This document shows positions 8,592 to 17,526 of a stretch of DNA of 20,000 nucleotides, one piece after another. The stretch is from an uncultured virus (IMG/VR IMGVR_UViG_3300001592_000009) (taxonomy: Duplodnaviria; Heunggongvirae; Uroviricota; Caudoviricetes): IMG/VR virus record IMGVR_UViG_3300001592_000009. One strand, written 5' to 3'. A program made the position numbers and the translations under genes. Positions within the stretch are counted from its first letter, which is position 1. The number at the start of each line of letters is the position of its first letter. The notes beneath the pieces are model-generated. The model made no database searches and was not told where the DNA came from. It saw nothing but the letters and a program-made list of their open reading frames with translations.

Positions 8592-8885
8592 CATTGTTTC
8601 CAGGAGTTTTGGGAAAAGGGTACTCCAAGCTGACCCATTGCTACTAACCTAACCTACGACATCCGTAAGGCGTCGTCAAGTAGGATATACGTTACTGAAA
8701 CTCTGCTTGAAACAGACCTGTGGAGACTGCGGGCAGAGTACGGGGTGAGTGCACCGCGACCGTATTCACGATCGACTGGTGTGCTCCATAGATATAGGAA
8801 GTTGTAGAATCTTTTTACTGAAAGGGTGTAAAGAGGGACATCGTTTGAACGACAGCATCAGAAAACATCCTAAGGACACCTCTTC

Positions 8886-9962
8886 ATGTATTCCCTTTTC
8901 AGCGATCCTCCCAAGAAGCTGGGAGGGTCTATCCAACTTCCCCGGTTCCATGATGTAGAGAAAGCTACTATCAGGGACATTGAGAAGATCACGGACTACT
9001 ACCGCTACGGATCGTTTGCGGTAAAAACCAACCACATCCTGGTGAGACTGATTCTGAGCATGAATCTTCCGCTCAGTTATGACGCGTCTCAGTACTATGG
9101 GTTGGCTACCCAGCGTGCGCTGTACGTCGCCACAAGCCTAGGGATGACATCGTCTATCTCCAAAGGAAGATTGCATCCGGGTCTTTTTTACTACGGCTGC
9201 CCTGAGATCCTTATCGCTTACACGGATCTGGAACGACCTTTTGCCATGGAGACTTATTGGAAGGAGCTCTCCCCTGTCAAGGTGCTGAACCACCCTCTCA
9301 ACAACATGGGGTACACCATCCCCGATGGCGTGGAGAGAAATACCGAGACAGGTCTGGTTTCTATCGCGATCGACATACCGGAGCTGATGATGCAGTACCG
9401 AGGGTTTCGACTGGAACAAAGAGCCAGGTCTGAGGAAGGCAGTGATGAATCTCTAGGGATCCATCACTTTGTCTATCGCTATGTCCTGACCTCCATGTTG
9501 AAGAGCCAGACAGACCTTGCGATCTTCAACCGCCTCTACAACCTCTATGATGGCGCTCCCATGGGGGAATGTATCAAGAGACATCCGTTCCACATCACAG
9601 ACTACCGAGATTTGCTAGACAAACAGCTGGAAGAAGTCAGTCAGCGTCTAAGTAAGCTGGCGCTGCCCTACGGCAATGTGTTGGAACAGATCCCTCGGAT
9701 CTATAGCGAACATCCGTTCAGTGTTCCAGACATGGCGGAGACTCGCCAGGTATGGTGGGCGTTGTTTCTTTCAAGATACAAAGCCATCGACTATCTCTGG
9801 TCCATCTGTGGAGAGAAGGGGAGAAGTTTGAACGGGACACTGATCAATCAGTTGAAGCTGGATGTGAGAAGCTTCCGTATCGAGAACACCTGGAAAGCCA
9901 TGCTCCCTCCCGAGATGGCTACCGATGTTCAATACAACCTCAAGAAGTTTGAGAACGTCTAG
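8886..9962 (+). CDS. Conserved phiKZ-like phage protein (gp52-like, divergent from chimallin)
   Basis: 358 aa with AAGGA upstream. MYSLF..., ITDYYR...VKTNHILVRL, IAIDIPELMMQYRGF and QVWWALFLSR resemble the conserved gene next to chimallin in phiKZ-like phages (from recall plus synteny). Confidence 0.75.
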   Translation: MYSLFSDPPKKLGGSIQLPRFHDVEKATIRDIEKITDYYRYGSFAVKTNHILVRLILSMNLPLSYDASQYYGLATQRALYVATSLGMTSSISKGRLHPGLFYYGCPEILIAYTDLERPFAMETYWKELSPVKVLNHPLNNMGYTIPDGVERNTETGLVSIAIDIPELMMQYRGFRLEQRARSEEGSDESLGIHHFVYRYVLTSMLKSQTDLAIFNRLYNLYDGAPMGECIKRHPFHITDYRDLLDKQLEEVSQRLSKLALPYGNVLEQIPRIYSEHPFSVPDMAETRQVWWALFLSRYKAIDYLWSICGEKGRSLNGTLINQLKLDVRSFRIENTWKAMLPPEMATDVQYNLKKFENV

Positions 9963-10204
9963 TGGGCAAACTGATGGATGATGCCACTGATACTGTACAT
10001 GGGGAACTTCATCCACCTGGCGTGATGGTGGTCTGGAGACCCAGTTGGTACGAAGAAGGCTTCTTTCTTCGCCATGTCAATACAGTAGATGTGGTCATCC
10101 ATCGACTTGGAGAGTATCTCGGTCTGCTCCATGTTCAGACCTTCGATGTGACGATAGACTTCTTTGAGGAACGGAACATGGTTCGTTTCAATTTCAGTTT
10201 TCAT
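9959..10204 (-). CDS. Small hypothetical protein (81 aa), antisense insertion
   Basis: MKTEIETNHVPFLKEVYRHIEGL...IIHQFAH. It has the C-ending codon usage of neighbouring genes and fills the gap between two plus-strand genes. Its TAG overlaps the upstream gene's TAG at CTAG 9959-9962. Confidence 0.5.
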   Translation of the reverse strand: MKTEIETNHVPFLKEVYRHIEGLNMEQTEILSKSMDDHIYCIDMAKKEAFFVPTGSPDHHHARWMKFPMYSISGIIHQFAH

Positions 10205-10225
10205 TTTTATTAAAGGTAGTAGAAG

Positions 10226-11041
10226 ATGGACTTGATCACCTATGCGGTCGAGAGGATCCTGAACGTGGTGCCTAGGGAAATCTTGAGACTTGCCTATATC
10301 GGCAAGCAGGACTACCGCGGAGCACCCAAGAACCTCAGCACAGAGATCCGGCGAAAGACCGTAGAAGGTCGCGTAATCATCGACACCAACATCGTAGGTG
10401 GTGAGACGATCCACGTCGACCTCTCGGGCTTGAAACCGGTCTTTCATGACCAGTATCACTATGTCTTCGAAATTCCACCTGAACGGGTGAATCATCGCAA
10501 GATCATGACCGCTCTCTCTGTCAACTACATGAGCTATAACAAGGCTCTCAGCAAGTACCTCCCTGGCGTACCTGCGGGCACTGGTGGTAATGTCAGTGAC
10601 GTGATGAGTGCTGCTCATAGAGCTTTCGATAGCCGGAGCAATATCCCTGTCGTTTCGAACTCCGATGTCGATATGGTCAGTGACTACACGGTTCGGATAC
10701 GGAACCATCTCCATACCGCAAGTGTAGTGCAGTTGCGATGCATCGTGGAGAACGAGGAGCGACTGGCTAACATCTCCATGCGGAATGCTCCAGCCTTCGC
10801 TACACTCTGTCTGTATGCTGCCAAGGCCTACATCTACAAGGAACTCCTCTTGACCCTGGAACGTGGCTATCTGGAACATGGTCAGGAACTCGGAGCTGTC
10901 AAGAACTACGTGGATGGTCTCAGTGACGCGGAGGAGAACTACCAGACGTATCTGGAGGAAAACTGGGCAGCTATCTCCGTCATGAACGACCGCCCTCTCT
11001 ATGACGATCTGCTCAAGATGCAGCTCGACCCCGGTATCTAA
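10226..11041 (+). CDS. Conserved phiKZ-like protein, probably virion structural
   Basis: 271 aa with AAAGG upstream. ITYAVERILNVVPREILRLAY, RVIIDTNIVGG, AAKAYIY and GQELGAVK...DAEENYQTYL resemble a conserved chimallivirus gene found near the DNA polymerase. Confidence 0.7.
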   Translation: MDLITYAVERILNVVPREILRLAYIGKQDYRGAPKNLSTEIRRKTVEGRVIIDTNIVGGETIHVDLSGLKPVFHDQYHYVFEIPPERVNHRKIMTALSVNYMSYNKALSKYLPGVPAGTGGNVSDVMSAAHRAFDSRSNIPVVSNSDVDMVSDYTVRIRNHLHTASVVQLRCIVENEERLANISMRNAPAFATLCLYAAKAYIYKELLLTLERGYLEHGQELGAVKNYVDGLSDAEENYQTYLEENWAAISVMNDRPLYDDLLKMQLDPGI

Positions 11042-11053
11042 AAAGGAAGTCCC

Positions 11054-11383
11054 ATGGATCAAGTTATCCAGATCGTTACNTATCTCGCATTGCTGAGCGC
11101 AGCTGCTGAACGCTTTACGGACATCATCAAGCGATTGGTGTTGTCCAAGTACACGGTGAATGGCGCTGTCTATCAGCTGATCGCGGCAGGCTTTGGTTGC
11201 TTTGTCGCTTTGGTAGACAGCCCTCAGTTCTCNGCAGTTGATGTTGGGAAATACACACAAGTCATCCTCATCGGTCTGGCGGTCTCTGGAGGATCAGGCG
11301 CTTGGAACAGCATCCTGACTGTGCTCCAGGATTACTCCAGATCTCTCAAAGAGTCACTCGCTTCTGCAAAGAAAGAATCTTGA
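11054..11383 (+). CDS. Holin-like small membrane protein
   Basis: 109 aa with AAGGA SD, 2-3 hydrophobic helices, a GLAVSGGSGAWNSIL motif and a charged C-terminus. Confidence 0.55.
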   Translation: MDQVIQIVXYLALLSAAAERFTDIIKRLVLSKYTVNGAVYQLIAAGFGCFVALVDSPQFXAVDVGKYTQVILIGLAVSGGSGAWNSILTVLQDYSRSLKESLASAKKES

Positions 11384-11388
11384 GTCNN

Positions 11389-11430
11389 ACATAGCCCTAG
11401 GGGAGCCGTANGGCTCCCCTAGGGTCTGTG
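11389..11430. terminator. ACATAGC-flanked hairpin between convergent genes
   Basis: CCCTAGGGGAGCC-gtan-GGCTCCCCTAGGG lies between the holin-like stop (11383) and the reconstructed polymerase stop (11434). Confidence 0.7.
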
Positions 11431-11433
11431 CTG

Positions 11434-13558
11434 TCAATANCCTAAGTCGCTGATCATCCTGTCTTTCTTTGGGAAGTAGCCCAAAGANTCCAGGACGTTT
11501 CGNTGTGCCTTGGTAAGAGCAAGAACGATNCGGCGAACATCCATCGCTATNTTAAGTTCCTCAGGCTACTCCCTTGGAAACGCAGTGGTCGATAGGGATA
11601 GCTATCGAGGAAAGCGTATGTACCTCTTTCTCTTTGATCCATTCTACCAGGAGTCGGCCAGTCTGGCTGGTAGAGATCTGTTCCACCCACCCTTGGAGCT
11701 TAGACCTTTTATCAAGGTCCAGAGGGATGCGTACAGCCCCATAGGGCGGTTTGGATACCGACCCATAGGTTGGAGCAAAGCAACGCTCCCAGAGCGTGTA
11801 GTAAGCGTAGTTAGAATGCTCCGCATCCTGACTGTAGGACGATGCTTCCTTGATACGAATCCGCTTCAAGTACTTCACCTCTCCTCTGTACAGAGAATCG
11901 ATGATCTCCCTCTCGATGTCAGCCACTTCTTTGAGTTTCTCCAGGAGACTAATAGGCTTGGCCTTGATCACGTCATCCAGGATAGACTGCATAGTCTTAG
12001 AGCCTGCTTCAATCAGGTTGACTGGAACTGAAGAGTCTTTGAGGTGCACACCCTTGACATCAAACTTGGGAGCCTTGTAGACGTTACCTTCCTTGACCTT
12101 CATGCAAGTGTAATAGTGTTTCGCTACGGAGGTCTGTGCGAAGACTGGGAAGACATACTCAGGCTTCATGGCCAGGGTGAACAAGCGTTTCTTCTCCACG
12201 TTCATGTTGGCAGAGAAGATGCCCAAGAGATGCGCAATGGCCTGGGTAGCGATGTAGCTAACCGCTCCCCCTATGGCGTACTCTTCATCACTGAACTCCA
12301 TCTTGTTGAAATACCAGAGCACCCAGTTGTCCACAGAGAACATGGTGGAGTCTGTATCTGACAACACTACCGATCTCCGAGTCATGAAGGGGATGGTGGC
12401 GATGGTGGCAGGGCTGTTCTTGGTCAGGAAGAAGGCTTTGAAGAGAAGTCGGTACTTTTCCACAGCCTGCTCGATGGACTTGCAGGTGTTTGCTACGATG
12501 CACTGCTTGTCTTTCGAAATCTTCGAGTAGTCTTTACCGATGCCTTCCACGATGGAGATGCAGCTCTGGTGTGCGAAGTTCACGATGGCTTCATCGGTAG
12601 TCCGTATGACAGACACAGGGTCATCCATATCGACATCGCTACCTCTACGAGCAAGATCGGTCAGAAGTCCACGAATGAACGTGTTGTTGAGTATCCGGAG
12701 ATGGTAAAGATCCCCCGTGTAAACCACAGAAGCCCTCTCCTCTGGACTTAGTTTCTCCACAAAGTCCTGAATGTCTCGACTGTGTCTGCGGTCAGACCAG
12801 TAAGGCTCGGTAGAACGGTGGATACACTGCATGACGTCATCCACTGTGGGGTACGTCAGGTTGTAATGGCTAACGGCCTGCCGGATGGTGTCGCTGTCTG
12901 TCTCCTTGACAATGGAGATCAGGTTATTGAGTGCGATGTCCGGAGTATGGTAATGGCGATTGCCTTCAATGAGGCGTTCGTTGGACGCATTGCTCAAGGA
13001 AGACATGGAGCGCGTCATCGAGGTGAGGGTTGAGTGTGCACTCTTGTTAGAGATGATCACACCCTCTGCCACAAACCCACCACTACAAGCATTGTTGTCG
13101 CGCTTAGCGCCGTCCTGGGCTTGGTTGTAGTACTTGGCAAGACCAACCTCGTTGTTCGCCTCATACGCTTGCGACATCTTCTTGAACTTCGTACGCAGCC
13201 GCACGTTNNCGTCCATAAAGTCCACGATCAGAGAGGACTTCACACTCGGATGAAGATAAGTCGTGAAGGTGGGTGCGAGGATCTCTTTGTTCTGAAGGAC
13301 ATCTTGGATGTATCCGTACAAAGGGATGGTCTTCTTGTACTTGTCACCATTCTCCTCCCGCTGATAGTAAACCACAGTAGGGTTGAATGGCTTAATCTCT
13401 TTGGTCTTCAGCTTCTTTCGAAGATGGGCCAGACACTGTTCGTAGGGCTTCCCCAGCATGCGGGATGCGTAAAGAGCCGACTGCCTCACCCAGTCCCCGA
13501 TGGGGTCCAGGGATCTGCGGTACTGGTCTGGTTCCAATAGAAACGCATTTTTAGACAT
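11434..13558 (-). CDS. Family B DNA polymerase catalytic subunit, phiKZ gp50-like (~707 aa; 1-nt frameshift at ~11566)
   Basis: Contains the motif B-like AKRDNNACSG, motif C VLSDTDSTMF, AKHYY and KGVHLK. No 3'-5' exonuclease domain is evident, consistent with the split phiKZ polymerase. Start revised to ATG 13558 (MSKNAF). Removing one base at 11566 extends the frame by 43 aa to ...SLGYFPKKDRMISDLGY*. Confidence 0.88.
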
Positions 13559-13625
13559 GGTTGATCGGATAGTGTAGTCAGAAGATGACCTAGACCGGGT
13601 CGTTATTTCCAGATCTATGTAGATC

Positions 13626-14759
13626 ATGGAAGAACTTAGTGAAGGAAGAAACATGCCATTAGGACCGATGACCACGTATTATGTCCGCACAAGACATCGA
13701 AGCAGGAATGGCAAAGTGTCTCCATGGGCGACTGTCAAGCAGTTTAGAACAAAAAGTGAACTCTGGTTAGAGACGGCTGCGATCAATCGACCAGGACAGG
13801 CGTCTTCTAAATATGGACGTTCTGTTACCATGTCTGGCGATGGGATGTATTTTGCAGCCACTGACAGCGGTAAAAAGCGATACAGCTACGTGTATCGCAA
13901 AGAAGGTGTCAACTGGATCCTGGATGCTACCTTGGCGCATCCGAATTACAACATGGGGTACGACACGGACCTTAGCTACGATGGGAGTGTCTTCGTGGTG
14001 GGTGGGTATAACAACGGGACACGCACAGCCGTTTATCGAAAAACAAACGATGTCTGGAGCAGTGCCTACATCTTAACGTCAGACAACTACAACAACCATG
14101 GCTATTCTGTCTCGCTCTCTGGAGACGGTTCTACGGTGGTTGCGTCGTCCCCGACAAGAAACTCCGTTCGTGTCTATAACTGGAACGGTTCAGCCTACAC
14201 TCTGACCACAACTCTTAATCGTTCTGGAGTATCTAGTCTCGGTACCAGTTGCGCTATATCAAAAGACGGTTCTACTATCGTGGCTGGATCTACCGTAGCT
14301 AAAACCGCTGTGGTGTTCAGGAAAGTGAACGGGACATGGAGCTACGTTCAATCCATAGTTTCAGGATCGTCAAACTTCGGTATCGCTGTTGACATATCTG
14401 ACGACTGTGAAAGAGTGGCTGTGGGTTCTACCAGCGCCAAGAGCGTCTACATCGGACTCCTGAACTCTTCGACATCTCTCTACGATCTGGAGACCATGCT
14501 ATACAGTCCTAGCAACCCTTCGGAGTTTGGAAGATCTGTAGCCATCAGTGAGAACGGAGCGGCGGTTGTTGTGGGAGCCAGGGGTGGTGTTTCGGTCCAG
14601 AGACGAACAGATCAGGGATGGTTCGAACAACAGTTCCTAAACCCTTCTATCACTCCTAACAACGATGACAGCTTTGGGATGAACGTGGCGGTGGACCGCA
14701 GAAACACATCTGCGGTGATCGGCTATCATGCCAGCAAGGTCTTTGTCTTTAGCATCTGA
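13626..14759 (+). CDS. FG-GAP-like beta-propeller repeat protein (putative virion or adhesin module)
   Basis: About seven repeats of the type [FY]G.SV.[IL]S.DG..[IV]VVG...VY: YGRSVTMSGDG, MGYDTDLSYDG, HGYSVSLSGDG, LGTSCAISKDG, FGIAVDISDDC, FGRSVAISENG, FGMNVAVD. An alternative start at ATG 13653 follows AAGGA. Confidence 0.8.
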   Translation: MEELSEGRNMPLGPMTTYYVRTRHRSRNGKVSPWATVKQFRTKSELWLETAAINRPGQASSKYGRSVTMSGDGMYFAATDSGKKRYSYVYRKEGVNWILDATLAHPNYNMGYDTDLSYDGSVFVVGGYNNGTRTAVYRKTNDVWSSAYILTSDNYNNHGYSVSLSGDGSTVVASSPTRNSVRVYNWNGSAYTLTTTLNRSGVSSLGTSCAISKDGSTIVAGSTVAKTAVVFRKVNGTWSYVQSIVSGSSNFGIAVDISDDCERVAVGSTSAKSVYIGLLNSSTSLYDLETMLYSPSNPSEFGRSVAISENGAAVVVGARGGVSVQRRTDQGWFEQQFLNPSITPNNDDSFGMNVAVDRRNTSAVIGYHASKVFVFSI

Positions 14760-14770
14760 AAAGAAAAAAC

Positions 14771-14817
14771 GACATAGCGCCCAGGTAGAGCCGTGAGGCT
14801 CTACCTGGGGCTGTGTT
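14771..14817. terminator. ACATAGC-flanked hairpin between convergent genes
   Basis: CCCAGGTAGAGCC-gtga-GGCTCTACCTGGG with ACATAGC / GCTGTGT outer pairing and an A-rich run on the left. Confidence 0.75.
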
Positions 14818-14821
14818 TGCT

Positions 14822-15241
14822 TTAAGCGGCGGGTGGNTCGCTGACTGAGATCGCGTAGTCCCTGAGACCTGCTGCATTCAAGGCGTTACGGATGCGATCC
14901 GCATCACCCATGGAGGCGGTAGGGAAACTGACCGTGATCTGAACATGGTCGATCAACGCGATGGAATCCAGATCTATCCACTTGTCGCAGAGAACGATAT
15001 CTGATCCGTTCTGTCCTTCAAAGACATACCAGATCGCTCGCTCCACGTCATTGACCGTCCCGAGAGGAAGGGTCGGGTAGATGGAACGCCAGAGATGATC
15101 AACAGATGCAAACTTCCGCGCCACACTGGCACTGCATCCAATGATACTGGCCTTGGCTCGCTCGACCCGGTTTCCCAGGAAGACGGGCGACAGTGTATTA
15201 AAACTGTAGACCTTGTTGAGTTCAAAAAGCGGGGTTGTCAT
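14822..15241 (-). CDS. Conserved phiKZ-like small protein (gp49-like position, upstream of DNA polymerase)
   Basis: 139 aa with GAGGAG SD. VYSFNTLSPVFLG, IYPTLPLGT, WID and RIRNALNAAG resemble the small conserved gene preceding the polymerase in phiKZ-like phages. Confidence 0.7.
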   Translation of the reverse strand: MTTPLFELNKVYSFNTLSPVFLGNRVERAKASIIGCSASVARKFASVDHLWRSIYPTLPLGTVNDVERAIWYVFEGQNGSDIVLCDKWIDLDSIALIDHVQITVSFPTASMGDADRIRNALNAAGLRDYAISVSXPPAA

Positions 15242-15683
15242 GGACTCCTCTGTGGTTGTTGGTAGGAACCCCCTCCTCCGCAGGATAGGCGTTCAACACC
15301 AGGTAGGTGGCGGTGACTGACTCCATCACAAAGATGAAGGCGTGGTCTCGGTCGATAGAGTATGTTTCACAGAGCTTGGGGTAGAAGGCGTTCCAAACCC
15401 GTACTGCGAAAGAACGCACCTGGTCACCGAATCTTCGAATGAGGTTGAAGTCCACCTCATCCTCTGTGAAATTGATCGTCATGAAGTTGGGAACCGACAT
15501 GATGTTCAGCATGTAGGTTTGAAAGTCTTCATGGAAAGCGTGAACGATCTGGCTGACGATCTCAGCGTAGATGGCTTCAAGATGTTCTTGGTCATTGGGC
15601 TGGCGACTTTCCTGGATGTAGCCCATGATCTCATTCCTTAGCCGATGTCCATCGTGTTCAAGCCCAATAACAAATCGTGGCAT
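15222..15683 (-). CDS. Hypothetical protein (153 aa)
   Basis: ORF overlapping both neighbours in an operon-like chain, with GAGG upstream. Confidence 0.7.
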   Translation of the reverse strand: MPRFVIGLEHDGHRLRNEIMGYIQESRQPNDQEHLEAIYAEIVSQIVHAFHEDFQTYMLNIMSVPNFMTINFTEDEVDFNLIRRFGDQVRSFAVRVWNAFYPKLCETYSIDRDHAFIFVMESVTATYLVLNAYPAEEGVPTNNHRGVHDNPAF

Positions 15684-16027
15684 TCAACTACCTCTATCCG
15701 GATGATGTTAGGGAAACGTAGATGGATAGCCACCAGCCTCCTATGAGGATCTGAGAAGCGATCCACTAGCTCCGAAATGGATGCCACCAGCTCTTTCAGA
15801 GAAGCGACCACCTCCTCCTCTTCGAGTACGGATGGTAGCAACTCTATGTCCTTCACACGGTCTTCGATGTAGCTCTGGATCTCCAGATGGGATTCCAGGA
15901 AACTGTGGAAGATCTCGGTAAGCTCATCACTGAATGTCTTCAGGCATTCGTCATGCTGGTAGAGATGTTCAATGAAGGGCTGAAGGGAAAGTGTCTGGGG
16001 CAGATGTGCGTAGATGACTGACCTCAC
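15638..16027 (-). CDS. Hypothetical protein (129 aa)
   Basis: GTG start after AAGGAGCAGG. Acidic, probably helical protein. Confidence 0.65.
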   Translation of the reverse strand: MRSVIYAHLPQTLSLQPFIEHLYQHDECLKTFSDELTEIFHSFLESHLEIQSYIEDRVKDIELLPSVLEEEEVVASLKELVASISELVDRFSDPHRRLVAIHLRFPNIIRIEVVECHDLLLGLNTMDIG

Positions 16028-16094
16028 TACCTGCTCCTTTTTCTTTTGTAGTCCGCTACCCTATTAGCAAGAGAGAGGATCTAATTTCCCGCAC

Positions 16095-16544
16095 TTACTC
16101 ATACAGCGTAGAAGATTCCATGCTTGCTGAAGTAGGACCTACCCAATGGTCAAAGAGGTAGAGTCCGTCAAAGTCGATGTTCTCCCGCATAATCTGATCG
16201 CACAACTCTTCATCAGCGTCACTGATAATCAGTGAGATGACAAAGTCTAGGTTAGACCATGCTTCTGGATCAGGTGCCGTATCTTTGTCGAACAGCATGT
16301 CGTAGATGTCGTCATACCTGACGGATATAGCATCCCACACCACGTAGTCGGAAGCACTGCTTTCTGAATTACTGGCCAGAGCCGTCGCAATGATGTCTTT
16401 GACTGGAAACAGGTTCAGGAACCGACAAACCACGTTGTGCTTGCTGTGCTCGGGTTCGTCGTATCGATACTGTAGCCTCCATTTTTCCAGAGTCCTAGAG
16501 AAATCAGCAACGATCACCTTGGGGTGGTAGGTGAATGAAGGCAT
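16095..16544 (-). CDS. Hypothetical protein (149 aa)
   Basis: Acidic ORF starting 15 nt after the upstream gene's stop. Confidence 0.7.
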   Translation of the reverse strand: MPSFTYHPKVIVADFSRTLEKWRLQYRYDEPEHSKHNVVCRFLNLFPVKDIIATALASNSESSASDYVVWDAISVRYDDIYDMLFDKDTAPDPEAWSNLDFVISLIISDADEELCDQIMRENIDFDGLYLFDHWVGPTSASMESSTLYE

Positions 16545-16559
16545 GGTGTTACAGGATGC

Positions 16560-17354
16560 TTAACAACCTTCTTCGTCGAGACGGATGGCGTCCAGGTGTT
16601 CGAAGATACCTCTGTAGTACTCCACGACCCGGTAATCCAGACCCTTCTCGATGATGAGTTCCGTGTCATTCATCCGCATGGTCAGCAGATGATGTTTGTC
16701 TTTCCCGATGAACTCATCGACCCTGTTGATTACTGAATCGAAAGCGGTTGGGTAGTTTTCCTTGTACAGTTCGAGTCCTTCTCGCGTCACGTAGGTCAAC
16801 TCGTTCAGCTCGCTGCTCGGGAGAGCGCTGATAGGCAGGCAAAGGCTGTCTCGATACAGGAGACGATTCCAGACTTCTACCTTCAGGAGATGGACTCCTG
16901 TGTAGATCTCTCCGGGCGAAGAGGTGAAGAACTTAGACACGGCACGGGGGTTGCGACAGAAAAGTTTGAGTTTCCCGTCTTTCAACGTCATGTCACCACG
17001 ATAGACCGGCTGCGTGCAGTTGACGAAGTCTTCGTAGGTGAGGATATCGCAGACACTTGGATTGATCTCCGCTTGTTGAGAACTCACCAATCCTTGTTGT
17101 TCCCCGTTCCTCGGGTTGACGAAAGAATAGACTGGCTCAATAGAGCGAGAGAAATAAAGACCCTCGGGACCTGGGATAGATTCTTCCAAAACCACTGGAG
17201 GGAGTGCCTTGGCGTATTTGGAGAGATCGATCACGAGCACGGCCTCTACCACGGCCAGGACTTCGAAGAACGACTTATAGTCGAGAGAGTCGTAATTCAC
17301 CTCAGTGCTCCGCAGGTAATCTGATCGGTAGTTGAGGCGGCTGTGTGTGGACAT
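16560..17354 (-). CDS. Hypothetical protein downstream of phuZ (~264 aa)
   Basis: ATG 17354 after GGAG/AGGA. The C-terminal IIEKGLDYRVVEYY segment looks like a conserved phiKZ-like motif (recall only). Confidence 0.7.
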   Translation of the reverse strand: MSTHSRLNYRSDYLRSTEVNYDSLDYKSFFEVLAVVEAVLVIDLSKYAKALPPVVLEESIPGPEGLYFSRSIEPVYSFVNPRNGEQQGLVSSQQAEINPSVCDILTYEDFVNCTQPVYRGDMTLKDGKLKLFCRNPRAVSKFFTSSPGEIYTGVHLLKVEVWNRLLYRDSLCLPISALPSSELNELTYVTREGLELYKENYPTAFDSVINRVDEFIGKDKHHLLTMRMNDTELIIEKGLDYRVVEYYRGIFEHLDAIRLDEEGC

Positions 17355-17483
17355 AAATCCTGTCTCCAAGTGTGGAAGGGTGGTGTTTCATAAGACTTCC
17401 TAATCCAGGGCTTTTTAACCCGGAGATATATCCACCCCTTACCTGTGGATAAAAATGCGGCTGTGGACCAGCATAAGGGCCTG

Positions 17484-17512
17484 GCAGAGGGTGTCTTGAC
17501 GACACCCTCTGC
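17484..17512 (-). terminator. Hairpin after phuZ (terminator or stability element)
   Basis: GCAGAGGGTGTC-ttgac-GACACCCTCTGC, a 12-bp stem 14 nt after the phuZ stop. There is no clear U-tract. Confidence 0.5.
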
Positions 17513-17526
17513 TCAGGTTTCAGCGC

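Noticed and set aside
6917..8647. 576-aa plus-strand ORF
   Set aside because: Antisense shadow of chimallin.
10205..11260. N-terminal part of the 433-aa minus-strand ORF 9959-11260
   Set aside because: It overlaps two better plus-strand genes. Only the last 81 codons look like a real gene.
13616..13619. TATG as a phiKZ-type late promoter upstream of the propeller gene
   Set aside because: A 4-nt motif cannot be distinguished from chance without TSS data.
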